Part shown: piece by piece, positions 33,177 through 43,369 of the stretch
Position numbering within the stretch: position 1 is the first letter of the stretch
How the letters are laid out: the number at the start of each line of letters is the position of its first letter
IMG/VR virus record: IMGVR_UViG_3300028048_000080
Location: 32,001 to 96,000 of that record
DNA from: a virus
Taxonomy: Duplodnaviria; Caudoviricetes
Reading direction: 5' to 3' (one strand)
Length of the DNA stretch: 64,000 nt
Made by a program: the position numbers and the translations under genes
The notes under the pieces: model-generated
The model's database searches: none
Told to the model about the DNA's origin: nothing
The model's input: only the letters and a program-made list of their open reading frames with translations

Positions 33177-36119
33177 TCAGGCACCGACGGTGGTCGTCGT
33201 GATAGCGTCAACCATCTTGATGCTATTGCGAACTTCGCGGATCTCGTAAATCGGAACGATCTGGTAGAAGATTTCGATGTAAGAGAACTTAGCGATAGTC
33301 GGGTCAGTGTTCATCTTGAAGTCGTAGTTTTCAATAAGAACGCCTATGATCTTATCAAGTTCGCTCTTAATAGCCGTATTCAAGGAGTTGCGGTTTGCCT
33401 GATGGTTTTCTTTACCGATGAACGGTTCAGCTGCGGCGCGAATCAGTTCTTCAACGCCACCGACGATACGGCTAGTGGACAGGCGGCGGAAAATGGAATC
33501 TGCCGGAGCCATCGTGATACCATCGGTTACTACCGTGCCGCGCGTAAAGGAATCGCGGAACGTTACGATACCAGCTTTGGTCAGGTTGCCGAGCTGAGTC
33601 TTCGTGAACTGATAGCTGAGATCCGGGAGGGAAATCGGCTGACCAGTGGAGCTCTGATCCAGCGGCAGGGTGGTTACATAACCAGCATAACCTGCGGCAC
33701 CGTTGCTGATATAACGGTAATGGCTCTGACCTACCGTTACTACGTACTGGCCGAGAACGAGAGATACGTTCTTGCCGATCGGGTAGGGGAGGTCATTTGC
33801 GTCATGGATATTCTGACCGATAACGTTCTTCGCATACAGGTCGAAGTCACGGGAAAGAATATCGGATACGCGGTTAGCGACTGCGGCCAGGCCAACGTTG
33901 GACATAATCTTGCAGCCCATAACACCATGGGTCGGGCCCGTGTGGTATTCAGTCTGCGTGCAGTGCTGAGCCAGCTGACGGAGGAAGTTATCGTTCGTAC
34001 GGAACGGAATATACTTCGTGTAATCGTACGTAAGTACGCGGTCAGCTACGGCTACTTCTTCGGCCGGAACTGCGGCGATAGCAGCCTCGATAACGTTGCC
34101 GCTTTCATCCAATACGGCAGCTTTTGCTTCCTGAGCGAATGCCTGAGAAGCAAACTGAGCTTCATCAACGAAGTCATCTTTTTCAAGAGCGCCCTGCTCA
34201 GACAACTGCAGGCGGAACAGGCGATCCATTACGGCGTGATTGTTCAGGTCGTTAATGAGTTCGTCTACCGTCATGGTGTCGAACATATTGGAGCGAATAA
34301 CTACGTGGTTAGTGATGCCAGCCAAGTTGGTAGCAGCAATCGTGAGTTTGTCAAGGTCTTCGCTGCCGAGCGTATTCAGGTCGCCGAGGTTTTTACCCGT
34401 CAGGGCGTCGAATACGAATACGCTGTCCATTACGTCAGCCAGGACATAATCCTTGGTCGGAACGACCGGAATCAATGCGCCCGTAGCGTCAGCGTCTTTG
34501 ATGGATACAGAACCGTCCTGAGCAAATACCACGAACTTCATGCCATCTACTACAGCCGGAGCCAGTTCTTCGAACTTATCGCCGTTAACGCGTTCGATCT
34601 TGCCGTTGCTGTTAACGACCAGTGTGCCGATAGCGTAGTCCGTAGCAGCCAAGTTCGGATTGCGTTCAGCGACAATCTTACGGATGTCATCTACGTCAAC
34701 CTTCGTCATGTCGATTGCTTCGAGATCTTCCGGCAGGCGTTCGAAGGAGATTACGTAATCACGCGGAGCCTTCAAATCGTCGCGATCAACTACAGCCGTA
34801 GCGACAACGTCGCCTTTCAGGATTTCAGTGTCATTGGCTACTGCTGCGCGGAACTTATCGGCGCGCGGAAGCTTGCCATTGATGCTATCATCAGCATTCG
34901 CGCAGGTGAGTACGCGATACTTAGCGTTGGAGCTTTCCAGTACGGAATAGATACCGTCTTCGATAGCCATGATGTGGTTCGGATCATCCATAGCGGATTC
35001 CTTAATGCGCGGCGTAAGCTCGATTTCGTTACCGTTCTTATCTTTCTTCACGCGGCGAATAGCATGCGCCGTAATAGCATAGCCGGAGCCGAGGCGTTCG
35101 TAGATGTCGAACTTGCTGAGACGCGTTTCTTCGTAGTCAACCGTATCGGGAATAAAGAGTTTGTCGGAAGCTTCGCCGACTTCAAGGAAATCCCACTCCT
35201 CGGCCATCAGAACGGATGCCTTCTGGAAGTCAGCGGTCAGTTCTTTTTTACTGCCGAAAATCGGGTAAGCTACGGATACGTCCGTATTCTTGACGAGCTC
35301 GCGGTAATACTTGCCTTCGAATTTGCTATAGGGCTTCTGGTCTTCATTATTCACGTAAACGAAACGCGTCTTCGTTACGGCAGGAACCGTAGAAGCGGTG
35401 TTTTCGCGACCAATGAAATAAGCACCTTTGTAAAGCGCACCGATAGAAAGCTCGTAAGTTTCCGGAGAGCCCGTTACGTCATTGCCGTTTTCATCGATAA
35501 TGCTCATTAGCAATACGTTGTTGAACGGATGAGCGTTGAACTTATTAATCAAGTCTACCAGACGGTCGTTACGGGTCAGCCCCTGACCATACAGATTAAT
35601 GGAGTTCTTGATAACGGTTTTGTTACCCGTAGCGACGCCGCGCATCTTTTCCTTAACCGTAGCACGATTGGTCGGCTTGTAGAAAGAGAGCGTTTCTGCG
35701 CCAGCGGAACCGCTGAACAGAACATAGCATTCCTTGCAGCCGTTCGAGGGGAACATGCTGCGGAGACGGAGCTTGTACTTGGAATCAACCTTGAAATTGA
35801 AATCTTTGTACACATCTTTGCCGCCGATACGCATGCAGTAGATAGTACGGCATCCACGATCCCAAGCATCTTTTACGCCCGGGATAAGAGTTGCTTCCTG
35901 ACGTTTCTTGCTGTCATAAGCATCGCCAAACGTGTAGATGGCATGTTCAACGGAAAAAACTTTGGTAAGAACACCAGTCGGGCCGTCAAATGCCGTGCCG
36001 ATAACAATTTCAGCGTCGGTAGTTCCGAAAAGAGAGCTATCGAAGCCGTAAGAGTAATCAGCCTCTACATGAGTGATGACGCCAGGCAGATTCATGTCGT
36101 TTTCCAAAAAATTGCTCAT
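33177..36119 (-). CDS. Tail sheath protein (980 aa)
   Basis: N-terminal LPGV..IVIGTAFDGP and C-terminal VTDGITMA..RRLST.RIV..IR.AAEPFIG..PIYEIREV sheath signatures. Confidence 0.9.
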   Translation of the reverse strand: MSNFLENDMNLPGVITHVEADYSYGFDSSLFGTTDAEIVIGTAFDGPTGVLTKVFSVEHAIYTFGDAYDSKKRQEATLIPGVKDAWDRGCRTIYCMRIGGKDVYKDFNFKVDSKYKLRLRSMFPSNGCKECYVLFSGSAGAETLSFYKPTNRATVKEKMRGVATGNKTVIKNSINLYGQGLTRNDRLVDLINKFNAHPFNNVLLMSIIDENGNDVTGSPETYELSIGALYKGAYFIGRENTASTVPAVTKTRFVYVNNEDQKPYSKFEGKYYRELVKNTDVSVAYPIFGSKKELTADFQKASVLMAEEWDFLEVGEASDKLFIPDTVDYEETRLSKFDIYERLGSGYAITAHAIRRVKKDKNGNEIELTPRIKESAMDDPNHIMAIEDGIYSVLESSNAKYRVLTCANADDSINGKLPRADKFRAAVANDTEILKGDVVATAVVDRDDLKAPRDYVISFERLPEDLEAIDMTKVDVDDIRKIVAERNPNLAATDYAIGTLVVNSNGKIERVNGDKFEELAPAVVDGMKFVVFAQDGSVSIKDADATGALIPVVPTKDYVLADVMDSVFVFDALTGKNLGDLNTLGSEDLDKLTIAATNLAGITNHVVIRSNMFDTMTVDELINDLNNHAVMDRLFRLQLSEQGALEKDDFVDEAQFASQAFAQEAKAAVLDESGNVIEAAIAAVPAEEVAVADRVLTYDYTKYIPFRTNDNFLRQLAQHCTQTEYHTGPTHGVMGCKIMSNVGLAAVANRVSDILSRDFDLYAKNVIGQNIHDANDLPYPIGKNVSLVLGQYVVTVGQSHYRYISNGAAGYAGYVTTLPLDQSSTGQPISLPDLSYQFTKTQLGNLTKAGIVTFRDSFTRGTVVTDGITMAPADSIFRRLSTSRIVGGVEELIRAAAEPFIGKENHQANRNSLNTAIKSELDKIIGVLIENYDFKMNTDPTIAKFSYIEIFYQIVPIYEIREVRNSIKMVDAITTTTVGA

Positions 36120-36149
36120 GTAAATTTTTCCTCCTGTATTTTTTGCTTA

Positions 36150-36812
36150 TTAGCGAACAGTAATGTCTCCAATCGTAGTCTCGAATCTCGTAAATAGCTT
36201 TTCGATATCTACGTCGTATTGGAGACTTCGCACTGAGCATTTTTGCCTATAGAGATCAAAATTGGAGTCAGTGATTCTGCGCAAGAAGCGTATATCTTTG
36301 ACACCTTCTCGCTTAAAATAAGCTGTGTAGCTGAAGATTATATCTTCAAAAATTTTCATTACCTCAGTAACTTCGTTATATCCCTCTGCGAAGATATTAA
36401 ACTGAATGGAGTAGCGGAGCAGCTGTCCCCAGATATCACGGGGTTGAAGGAGCTCTTCTTCCCCATCTTTAATAGCCAAATCTACGGCATCCTGACGGAT
36501 ACGGGGTTTTAACTCTTTTACTGGTTGGCAATTCGTAATAGTAAAGAAAATATAGGGGTGATCGATGGACTCAGCCTGATCAACTTTGGGGCGTGCACCT
36601 TCGTCTGGCTTGAGCTCAACGTTCATCTTTTTCATTACCTTTTTGCAGACCTTAGATAACATCAAAATGAAGTCATCGATAGAGGCATTTGCCTCTGACG
36701 TAAGGCGTTCCGGCGTACGAAAAGGTATGGAATCTACCACATTATCGTTAAGAGCTCTTTTTTGCCCTAAGAACTCTGCTAAACCATTGTCTAAGTTCTT
36801 GTCGTTAATCAT
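36150..36812 (-). CDS. Putative tail terminator/completion protein
   Basis: Position upstream of the sheath; P.I.F.I...KPRIR..YSIQFNIFA pattern. Confidence 0.55.
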   Translation of the reverse strand: MINDKNLDNGLAEFLGQKRALNDNVVDSIPFRTPERLTSEANASIDDFILMLSKVCKKVMKKMNVELKPDEGARPKVDQAESIDHPYIFFTITNCQPVKELKPRIRQDAVDLAIKDGEEELLQPRDIWGQLLRYSIQFNIFAEGYNEVTEVMKIFEDIIFSYTAYFKREGVKDIRFLRRITDSNFDLYRQKCSVRSLQYDVDIEKLFTRFETTIGDITVR

Positions 36813-37826
36813 TTAGAGTTCAACCTCCACGTTAAGAGAGCATCGTTCTAGACAGTTTACGGGCTGAACAGATATTCTAGCTACCAAAACTACTGCGCCG
36901 GGAACATCTCGGTACGCATCTAAGCTATTAATGGTATAGTCTACTATAACGTAACCTTTTATGCTGTCTAAGTACTTAACCAAAGCCTGATTGAACAGCA
37001 GCTTCTGGTAAGAGGAGTAATTTCTGCCGCGAAATTGGGAAAAATCCATCTCTCTATGCAAGAATTTCAAGATGCGGTCAATAAACACCACTTTTTCCGG
37101 GGCCAATTCCTGCGACATGTTCACGAGATTCTCTATCGTAGTCTCTCTAGCCGGATCTGAGCGGAAATATACCATGTCTCCAGGGGCATCCCAGGGGTCA
37201 ATGCGGAAAATTGCCTTACCAAAGTCGTAAGAAATGGGATATTCGTTCAAATCGCCGGTACAAAGCGCCGCGGCGAGCGGAACAGAAGCCATTTTATAAT
37301 TCTCTAAGTTGTTAGCCACGAAGATAAGGTTCTCTAAATTGGCTCTCTCCGAGCATCTATTCAAAAATGTCGACTGCACGGCACGCATATCGTTCAAGAA
37401 AGCGTCGATATCCTCGTAAAGAGAGGCATGTTTGTCCGTGACGATGAAAGTTGAGTCATGCTGTCGCCCGATATAGCCCATAATATAGGCGAAAAACGAA
37501 TGTATTTCGCCACCGTGACTGATATCTTGAAAGGAATCGGACAGAGTTAGGGTAGTGAATACGACGTAAGCGAAGTCATTTTGCTTAATAACTTCTAAGG
37601 CATCGAAATAGTCCTGATCTTTTTGGAGATTCATCAGAAATACGGCAGGGGCGCCAAGAAACTTGGCGTCCTGAAAAGCCATAGCAAGGTCTGATTCACC
37701 ATATTTAGCCAAAACTTCATCGGGATCTTCGGCGTAAACTACTTCTCCGCGGCCATAATTGGTAGCGGCCTTGCCAATAATCAGCATATTGGTATGTTTA
37801 TTAACGATTAGCTTATTAGCCATCAA
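36813..37826 (-). CDS. Short sheath-like protein (337 aa)
   Basis: LIIGKA..V..Y..DEV.AKYGESDL..F.DA..LGA..VFLMNL echoes the sheath N-terminus; VARISVQPV echoes its C-terminus. Confidence 0.5.
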   Translation of the reverse strand: MMANKLIVNKHTNMLIIGKAATNYGRGEVVYAEDPDEVLAKYGESDLAMAFQDAKFLGAPAVFLMNLQKDQDYFDALEVIKQNDFAYVVFTTLTLSDSFQDISHGGEIHSFFAYIMGYIGRQHDSTFIVTDKHASLYEDIDAFLNDMRAVQSTFLNRCSERANLENLIFVANNLENYKMASVPLAAALCTGDLNEYPISYDFGKAIFRIDPWDAPGDMVYFRSDPARETTIENLVNMSQELAPEKVVFIDRILKFLHREMDFSQFRGRNYSSYQKLLFNQALVKYLDSIKGYVIVDYTINSLDAYRDVPGAVVLVARISVQPVNCLERCSLNVEVEL

Positions 37827-38283
37827 ATCCCGCCTCTCGTAGAACTTCGGCGAGATTATTTAAGACTACTTGACGACTAAATTTATATGGTGCGCACTCA
37901 ATGCGCCAGAAAACTGTCTTTTGCTCATCGCTATGCTCGTAATATACGTCCTTTACGATATCGAGGCTTTCTCCGTCGTTAATCAGGTCACCCTCTTTAA
38001 TATTGGTCTTGCTATGAGTATAGTAAACGGGGCCAATATTGATTTCGCCGAATCCAAGGCCGGGACCACGCATAGAGATGGTGCTATTTTGATGAGATGC
38101 ATTTACGCGCGCCAACGTGATTTTTCGTCCGGTGCCTAAGCAGCTCTTGCAGTGTTTGTCTGCTTGTTTGGATACTGGGTCAACGCAAGTGCATTCAACC
38201 TCTTCATCTCGGATGATAAACCATACGGGATGACTAAAGAGGTCAATCGGCTTGTAAATATTTTTATCGAACCATTCAGCCAT
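37816..38283 (-). CDS. Putative head-closure (stopper) protein with Zn-finger insert
   Basis: CTC..(9)..CKSCLGTG; IKEGDLI; neck-region position. Confidence 0.55.
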   Translation of the reverse strand: MAEWFDKNIYKPIDLFSHPVWFIIRDEEVECTCVDPVSKQADKHCKSCLGTGRKITLARVNASHQNSTISMRGPGLGFGEINIGPVYYTHSKTNIKEGDLINDGESLDIVKDVYYEHSDEQKTVFWRIECAPYKFSRQVVLNNLAEVLREAGFDG

Positions 38284-38289
38284 GTCTTA

Positions 38290-38949
38290 TCAACTCCATT
38301 GCGGCGAATTACGCGTAACGTCTTGAATAATCGTATCGAGATTGGTATAAGCGATTTCAGCATTCTGAGCGCTCTTAAGCCCGACACGAGTAGCTTTCGG
38401 TTTGGCGCGGCCTTCGTTGAAGTAGCCACGGATAGCATCCTGCCACTTCTGCAGTTCTTTTCCCAATCTATCTAAAAGCTGTTTAAACGCAGCGCTGTTA
38501 AGAGAGTCTTCATATTCTGCCGTATCTAATTTGTATTTAGAACCGCCGCCAGAATAAGTTCTGTCCATAAAAGAACGGGATAAGCAATCATATATCGCTT
38601 TGGTGCGGGCAAACTGTTGTACGGCAAAATCGGTGGGGTCTGCCGTGCCGCCCGCTATGAAGTCAGCTTCTCTTGAAGCCTGTCGAATATACGACAAGAG
38701 AGCTTCCTCGTTAATGCTAAACGTATCTATAGCAAGCTTCAGTGAATCCACTGAGCAGTAGAGAGGAGAGTAGGGTGTACGATATTCAATCGTAGTGTCG
38801 GGAATAGGTGTACCATCGGCTGACGTAAGCCCACTTATCGTAACGGTATAGATGGAATTATCTAAGAGTTTTTGATCTGGCGTTACGATAGCTGTTGTCT
38901 GGTCTTCGCTAAGAGAGATTGTTCCGACAATCGGTTTTTCTGTTGCCAT
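38290..38949 (-). CDS. Putative head-tail adaptor with N-terminal Ig-like domain
   Basis: TAIVTPDQKL..NSIYTVTISGLTSADG (Big_5-like), then YSPLYCS adaptor-like helical part. Confidence 0.55.
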   Translation of the reverse strand: MATEKPIVGTISLSEDQTTAIVTPDQKLLDNSIYTVTISGLTSADGTPIPDTTIEYRTPYSPLYCSVDSLKLAIDTFSINEEALLSYIRQASREADFIAGGTADPTDFAVQQFARTKAIYDCLSRSFMDRTYSGGGSKYKLDTAEYEDSLNSAAFKQLLDRLGKELQKWQDAIRGYFNEGRAKPKATRVGLKSAQNAEIAYTNLDTIIQDVTRNSPQWS

Positions 38950-39821
38950 TATGAATCCCTCCGTTTAATCGTAACAGTTGCCTGGTCAATATTTATTGCA
39001 CCGTCAAACACAAATTCGAAGGTTTGGGGGAGTTCATCACAATTAACTCGAGTATCGGAAACCAAAGTGGCTATAATTGCCTCTGAAGGCGTTTCTTCTT
39101 CTGGCGCGAATACTACAGGAGTATCGTCCTTGGTGTAATCCACTATTTCTGGAATACCCGGACGAGGTTTTGGTTCTGGCTGCGGATTAGGCACCGGAGC
39201 AGGCTTCTCTTTAGGAACCGTAAACGTAACTGCTTTAGACCACTGCCCGTAATCATCATCTTTGACAGCCCTAATACGAACATAATATTGTTTAGCGGGC
39301 AATATGGTAGAAAATGACGGTGGGGTAGCCGGCTCGCATTCAATCATGTTATGAAGCACGATATCAAAGAAACCGCTATCGGTAGCCACTTGGAGTTCGT
39401 ACTTATAGCAGAAATCTTCAGGTTTACCTTCTTCTTGCCAAACAATATTAACTTCCTGCCCCTGTTCGATAGCTTCGAACGTAATGGGGCTGATTATTTT
39501 AACCGAGGTAGTTACGGCGCTTTCGAATACTACCTTAAGAGCTTTTAAGGGTTCAAGTTTATCGCCGACGACATCTTCGATATCGGTAGTGGTAGTCAAG
39601 CGATAATCTGCGCCTACTTGTATCTCGGGTATGACGGATATAATGATTAATCTCCTATCACAACTGAGTGTGATAGGAATCATTTTGGCTGAAGACGGAA
39701 GTGCCAGACATACACTGTCTGGCGTTACCGTATCTTCATCGATATCCGAAGAGCACTTAAGTATAATTGTTTTGTCTTTTAGATTCGTCTTTACGGACAA
39801 TACCTGTATTCTGTGCTCCAT
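38949..39821 (-). CDS. Ig-like/fibronectin type III virion accessory protein
   Basis: YELQVATDSGF..YYVRIRAVK..YGQWS (Fn3) plus N-terminal Ig-like repeat. Confidence 0.65.
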   Translation of the reverse strand: MEHRIQVLSVKTNLKDKTIILKCSSDIDEDTVTPDSVCLALPSSAKMIPITLSCDRRLIIISVIPEIQVGADYRLTTTTDIEDVVGDKLEPLKALKVVFESAVTTSVKIISPITFEAIEQGQEVNIVWQEEGKPEDFCYKYELQVATDSGFFDIVLHNMIECEPATPPSFSTILPAKQYYVRIRAVKDDDYGQWSKAVTFTVPKEKPAPVPNPQPEPKPRPGIPEIVDYTKDDTPVVFAPEEETPSEAIIATLVSDTRVNCDELPQTFEFVFDGAINIDQATVTIKRRDS

Positions 39822-39831
39822 GGGTTACTCC

Positions 39832-40323
39832 TTATTCTTTGTCGGCAGCTTTCTTGCGGCCACCCTTTTTACCGGCTTTTTTGGGTTTTTCCTCTTCTGC
39901 GGGAGCTTCTTCCTCGACTTCTTCTGCGGGTTCTTCAGCTTTTACTTCTTCCGTTTTGATCTCTTCGGGCTTAGCATCTTTTACGTCGCCGCCGTCTTCA
40001 ACTTTTACGTTTTCTACGGGAGCTACGGCTTCTTCGAGCTTAACAGCTTCTTTGAATACCGGTTTGATTTCTTCCTGAACATTGGAAGCCAGTTTCAGCT
40101 TATCGCCAACCTTGACGATTTTAAACGGAGGAATTTCACCGCCGAGCGTACCGTCAACCAAACGAATTACGCCATCGCGTACAGCACGACGCAGACGAGC
40201 GCAGTTGGTGCCGCTATATACATGAGCCGTCGGAGCACCGAGCGTCAAATGAATACGGGAAAGTTCATCGTAAAAACCTACGCGGCCTGCGGCCAGTTTA
40301 ATCGTTGCAATAACTTCTCTCAT
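39832..40323 (-). CDS. Hypothetical head-associated protein with acidic/Lys-rich tail
   Basis: RBS, directly downstream of the capsid gene; low-complexity C-terminus. Confidence 0.6.
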   Translation of the reverse strand: MREVIATIKLAAGRVGFYDELSRIHLTLGAPTAHVYSGTNCARLRRAVRDGVIRLVDGTLGGEIPPFKIVKVGDKLKLASNVQEEIKPVFKEAVKLEEAVAPVENVKVEDGGDVKDAKPEEIKTEEVKAEEPAEEVEEEAPAEEEKPKKAGKKGGRKKAADKE

Positions 40324-40340
40324 GAATTTATTCTCCTTAC

Positions 40341-40374
40341 AATAAAAATGGAGGCGACTATGAAAGCCGCCTCC
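40341..40374 (-). terminator. Intrinsic terminator after the major capsid gene
   Basis: GGAGGCG..CGCCTCC stem followed by ATTTTTATT on the minus strand. Confidence 0.65.
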
Positions 40375-40391
40375 TGCTTATCTGCTTACTA

Positions 40392-41648
40392 TCAGGGGTT
40401 TACAGTGCCAGCAGCAAGATTCGTGTCAATCGTAACCTTCGGCGGAACCGGATAGGTCGGAGCAACAGCGATATTCTTTGCAACCGTGATACCGCGACCA
40501 TTGTCGAGGATACCAACGCCGTAGCGTTCCTTAACCTTGAGCATCCGCAGGTCGCGTTCCGGATCAACCCAGTTGTCCGTCTGCAGGCCTTCACGTTCAG
40601 CGATAACGCCGACGTTGTTGCGGTCGATGCAGTACATATCGAAGCGCTTGTTCTGCTTGTCGAACTTGACGAACGGGGAGAAGTTAACCGTGAGAGGAAC
40701 AGGCAGACGACCCTGTACCTGGCCAGGATTCATGATAAGCTTCTGCGGGCCCTGTTCAGCGGAAAGACCAGCGAAGCCCGGCGTACCCTGCGTAGCACCC
40801 CAAGGATGAACCTGGTTGCCGCCAAATGCGCCATAAGACAGACCGTTGCCGATCATGGAGTTACGAGCGAAGATTACCCAAGTCAGCGGGTGCATGATGA
40901 TATCCGTCGGAGTCTGGTCATTGCCCATCAGAGCGAGTACCAAATCAAGGAAATCTTCTACGCTGAACGTATCATTGAAGTTGCCATTTTCATCGCGGCC
41001 GGTCGTGCCCAGTTCCTTCTGCTGCTGACGGCGAGAGTTATCAAATACCGTCCAGCCATGCGTAGAGAAGCTGTTAAAGCACCATTCTTCCTTGTAGCGT
41101 GCCATAGCGCGGCCCATCTTACGAACGTTGATGCCGTAGATATCCCAGCTGGCGTCAGAAATGGTTTCTTCGGAGATTTTTACCTTCAGACCGATCTTCT
41201 TAACACGGATCTCCAAACCACCGTTTTCGATCGTGTTAACATCGATGTAGTCTTCATTGTAACGGCCGCCCTCGCCGACTTCTCCTGCATGGAGTTCGCC
41301 GATTACGGGAACGACGTACGTTACACTGGAACCGCCGTCAACATGAACAACGCTCATGAAGCGGGTAGCCAGATATTCAGGTTCAGCAGCTTCACGCAGC
41401 TGGCCTTCGATAACTTTCGGAATGAGCTGGATAACGTCCGTAGACATCAGGCCTTCCTGAATGGTCGAACGACCCTTATCAAAGTTACCGTTGATATTCA
41501 GAACCATCTTTTCCATGAGGTCAAAAGTCTTGACGTCAACAGACGGTTTTTCTTTCGTTTTGCCTTCTTCAAAAGCCACGGCCTGCTTCTTAGCTTCTTC
41601 GCGGAGCTTCTGAATATTGGCCAAGGTTTCCTGTAAACTAATAGACAT
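40392..41648 (-). CDS. Major capsid protein (HK97-type fold inferred)
   Basis: EVGEGGRY..KKIGLKVKISEETISD..MGRAMARYKEE..PTDIIMHPL..KVKERYGVG; strongest codon bias; follows protease. Confidence 0.85.
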   Translation of the reverse strand: MSISLQETLANIQKLREEAKKQAVAFEEGKTKEKPSVDVKTFDLMEKMVLNINGNFDKGRSTIQEGLMSTDVIQLIPKVIEGQLREAAEPEYLATRFMSVVHVDGGSSVTYVVPVIGELHAGEVGEGGRYNEDYIDVNTIENGGLEIRVKKIGLKVKISEETISDASWDIYGINVRKMGRAMARYKEEWCFNSFSTHGWTVFDNSRRQQQKELGTTGRDENGNFNDTFSVEDFLDLVLALMGNDQTPTDIIMHPLTWVIFARNSMIGNGLSYGAFGGNQVHPWGATQGTPGFAGLSAEQGPQKLIMNPGQVQGRLPVPLTVNFSPFVKFDKQNKRFDMYCIDRNNVGVIAEREGLQTDNWVDPERDLRMLKVKERYGVGILDNGRGITVAKNIAVAPTYPVPPKVTIDTNLAAGTVNP

Positions 41649-41714
41649 TTAGTGTCCTCCCTTTATGGTAAGGGCTTTCCCTCCCATTCTAGGGAGGGGA
41701 GCCTCTTCACTATC

Positions 41715-43352
41715 TTATTTCGTGAGCAGAATCTTAACGGAACCGATGCAGCCGTCCCAATCCATGAAGGTCGGAACGCCAGCCATGCCACGCTTAGCGT
41801 AGCTCAGAACTACGTCTACGCCTTCAGCTTTGTCCTTCAGCAGTTCGTCAGCCTTATCCTTGTCGGCTACGGCGATAACGATATAACCCTGTTCAGCGTT
41901 AGCGTACTTAACTACGAATGCACCGTCGCACAGCTTAGCACCTTCAACACAGTTAGCCTTAGCTTCGCCATTGATGGAGATCTGCAGGTCTTCTACGTTA
42001 ACATCCAAATTCTTGAAGAACATGTCAATGTAGTCCTTGCCGCCGGCATAATGGATCGTACCAGCTTTGAAATCAGGCTTCTGCGTCTTAACGGCGTTGT
42101 AACCATCGGTCAGACCCGGGATACCCAGATCACTGTACTGATATTCCGGATTCATGCGCGGATCGAACGTGTCGAGACGAGCCGTGGAAGCCAACATGTG
42201 CAGATCGTTATTGAGATAATTTTTGTCGTACGGATAGCCGTAAGGCTTACCTTCGCTGTTAAACGGAGAAGTATTAACAGCATCTTCGCCGCGACGGTTG
42301 TTCTTAGCGTAGAGGGCCGGATTGAATTCATCGCTCTTCAGACGATCTTCAAGAGCCCAAGTAGCCCACTTAGCAGCGCCTTCCGGTACGAGTTCGTGAT
42401 TTACGCTGTAAATCTGGCCGATAACCTGCTGACGTTCCAATTCATATTCAGCGAGGGACATCGTAGCAACGATTTTCGGGAAGGACAGCGGGGAAAGAAC
42501 GAAACGACCGTTTTCATCGGACTTAACGAGAGCGCCCGGGAAGAATGCGCCGTAAGCGGAACCCCAGAAGTTTTCTTCTGCTTTGTCCTTGTATGCGAAC
42601 CAGGGCATTTCAACCATTGCGTCCGTAAGGAACGGGCCAGGCATGATGCCGTTGAACGCATCATCGTCACGAGTGTATTCGTTGCGTTCGAGCATACCAA
42701 TCGGATGGTTGCCAACGCGTACGTTGTTAACAGTTACGCCATCTTTAGCTACTTTACCGGTAGCGGCATCAATTTCGAAGCCTGCTTCAGCGAGCTGATC
42801 AGCCGGAGCTTTGAATTCAACGCTTGCATTGCCAGCTACTTTAGCGAACGGACGATAGCAGGTATCGGAGTACGTGCCATCTACGCCAGCCAGCGGAGTC
42901 CATTCTTTGTAAGCATTCAGGAGCTGCTTGCCCTGTGCTGCGGCGGATACGATTGCCTTATCCGGGTTGCCGCCGAAGGACGGATACAGATCGCCAGCTT
43001 CACGCAGACGGACCGGAGCACCGCCGTTTGCCAGCGTTACCGTATTGAACTGCTTCTGGGATTCAAAATCAACGAGATCCATATTCGGATCGGTTGCTAC
43101 GATACGGCCTTTCGGGATAACAATCTGGTTAAAGCCCTGAGCAAAGCCATACTTGAAGAGTACCGGCAGACGATAGTCGAACAGATATTTGATGTTCGGT
43201 ACGTCATGCTGGGACGTATTCATGAAGTTCTGGGAGCGATTGATGCGGTCCGCACCATCACGGTAGCCCGGAAGATTCGGGTTAAAAATCTGACCACGAG
43301 CACCAGGCTGGAGGTGTTCGTTACTTGTATAATCTCTTGGAGCTAATGCCAT
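41715..43352 (-). CDS. Abundant head protein (decoration/cement-like, 545 aa)
   Basis: Between protease and capsid; IVIPKGRIVA..PIG..PGALVKSDENGRFV; high-expression codon usage. Confidence 0.6.
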   Translation of the reverse strand: MALAPRDYTSNEHLQPGARGQIFNPNLPGYRDGADRINRSQNFMNTSQHDVPNIKYLFDYRLPVLFKYGFAQGFNQIVIPKGRIVATDPNMDLVDFESQKQFNTVTLANGGAPVRLREAGDLYPSFGGNPDKAIVSAAAQGKQLLNAYKEWTPLAGVDGTYSDTCYRPFAKVAGNASVEFKAPADQLAEAGFEIDAATGKVAKDGVTVNNVRVGNHPIGMLERNEYTRDDDAFNGIMPGPFLTDAMVEMPWFAYKDKAEENFWGSAYGAFFPGALVKSDENGRFVLSPLSFPKIVATMSLAEYELERQQVIGQIYSVNHELVPEGAAKWATWALEDRLKSDEFNPALYAKNNRRGEDAVNTSPFNSEGKPYGYPYDKNYLNNDLHMLASTARLDTFDPRMNPEYQYSDLGIPGLTDGYNAVKTQKPDFKAGTIHYAGGKDYIDMFFKNLDVNVEDLQISINGEAKANCVEGAKLCDGAFVVKYANAEQGYIVIAVADKDKADELLKDKAEGVDVVLSYAKRGMAGVPTFMDWDGCIGSVKILLTK

Positions 43353-43369
43353 TGAAAAATTCCTCCTAC

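Noticed and set aside
33402-35510. 702-aa plus-strand ORF
   Set aside because: Antisense shadow of the strongly codon-biased sheath gene; no RBS or protein-like features.
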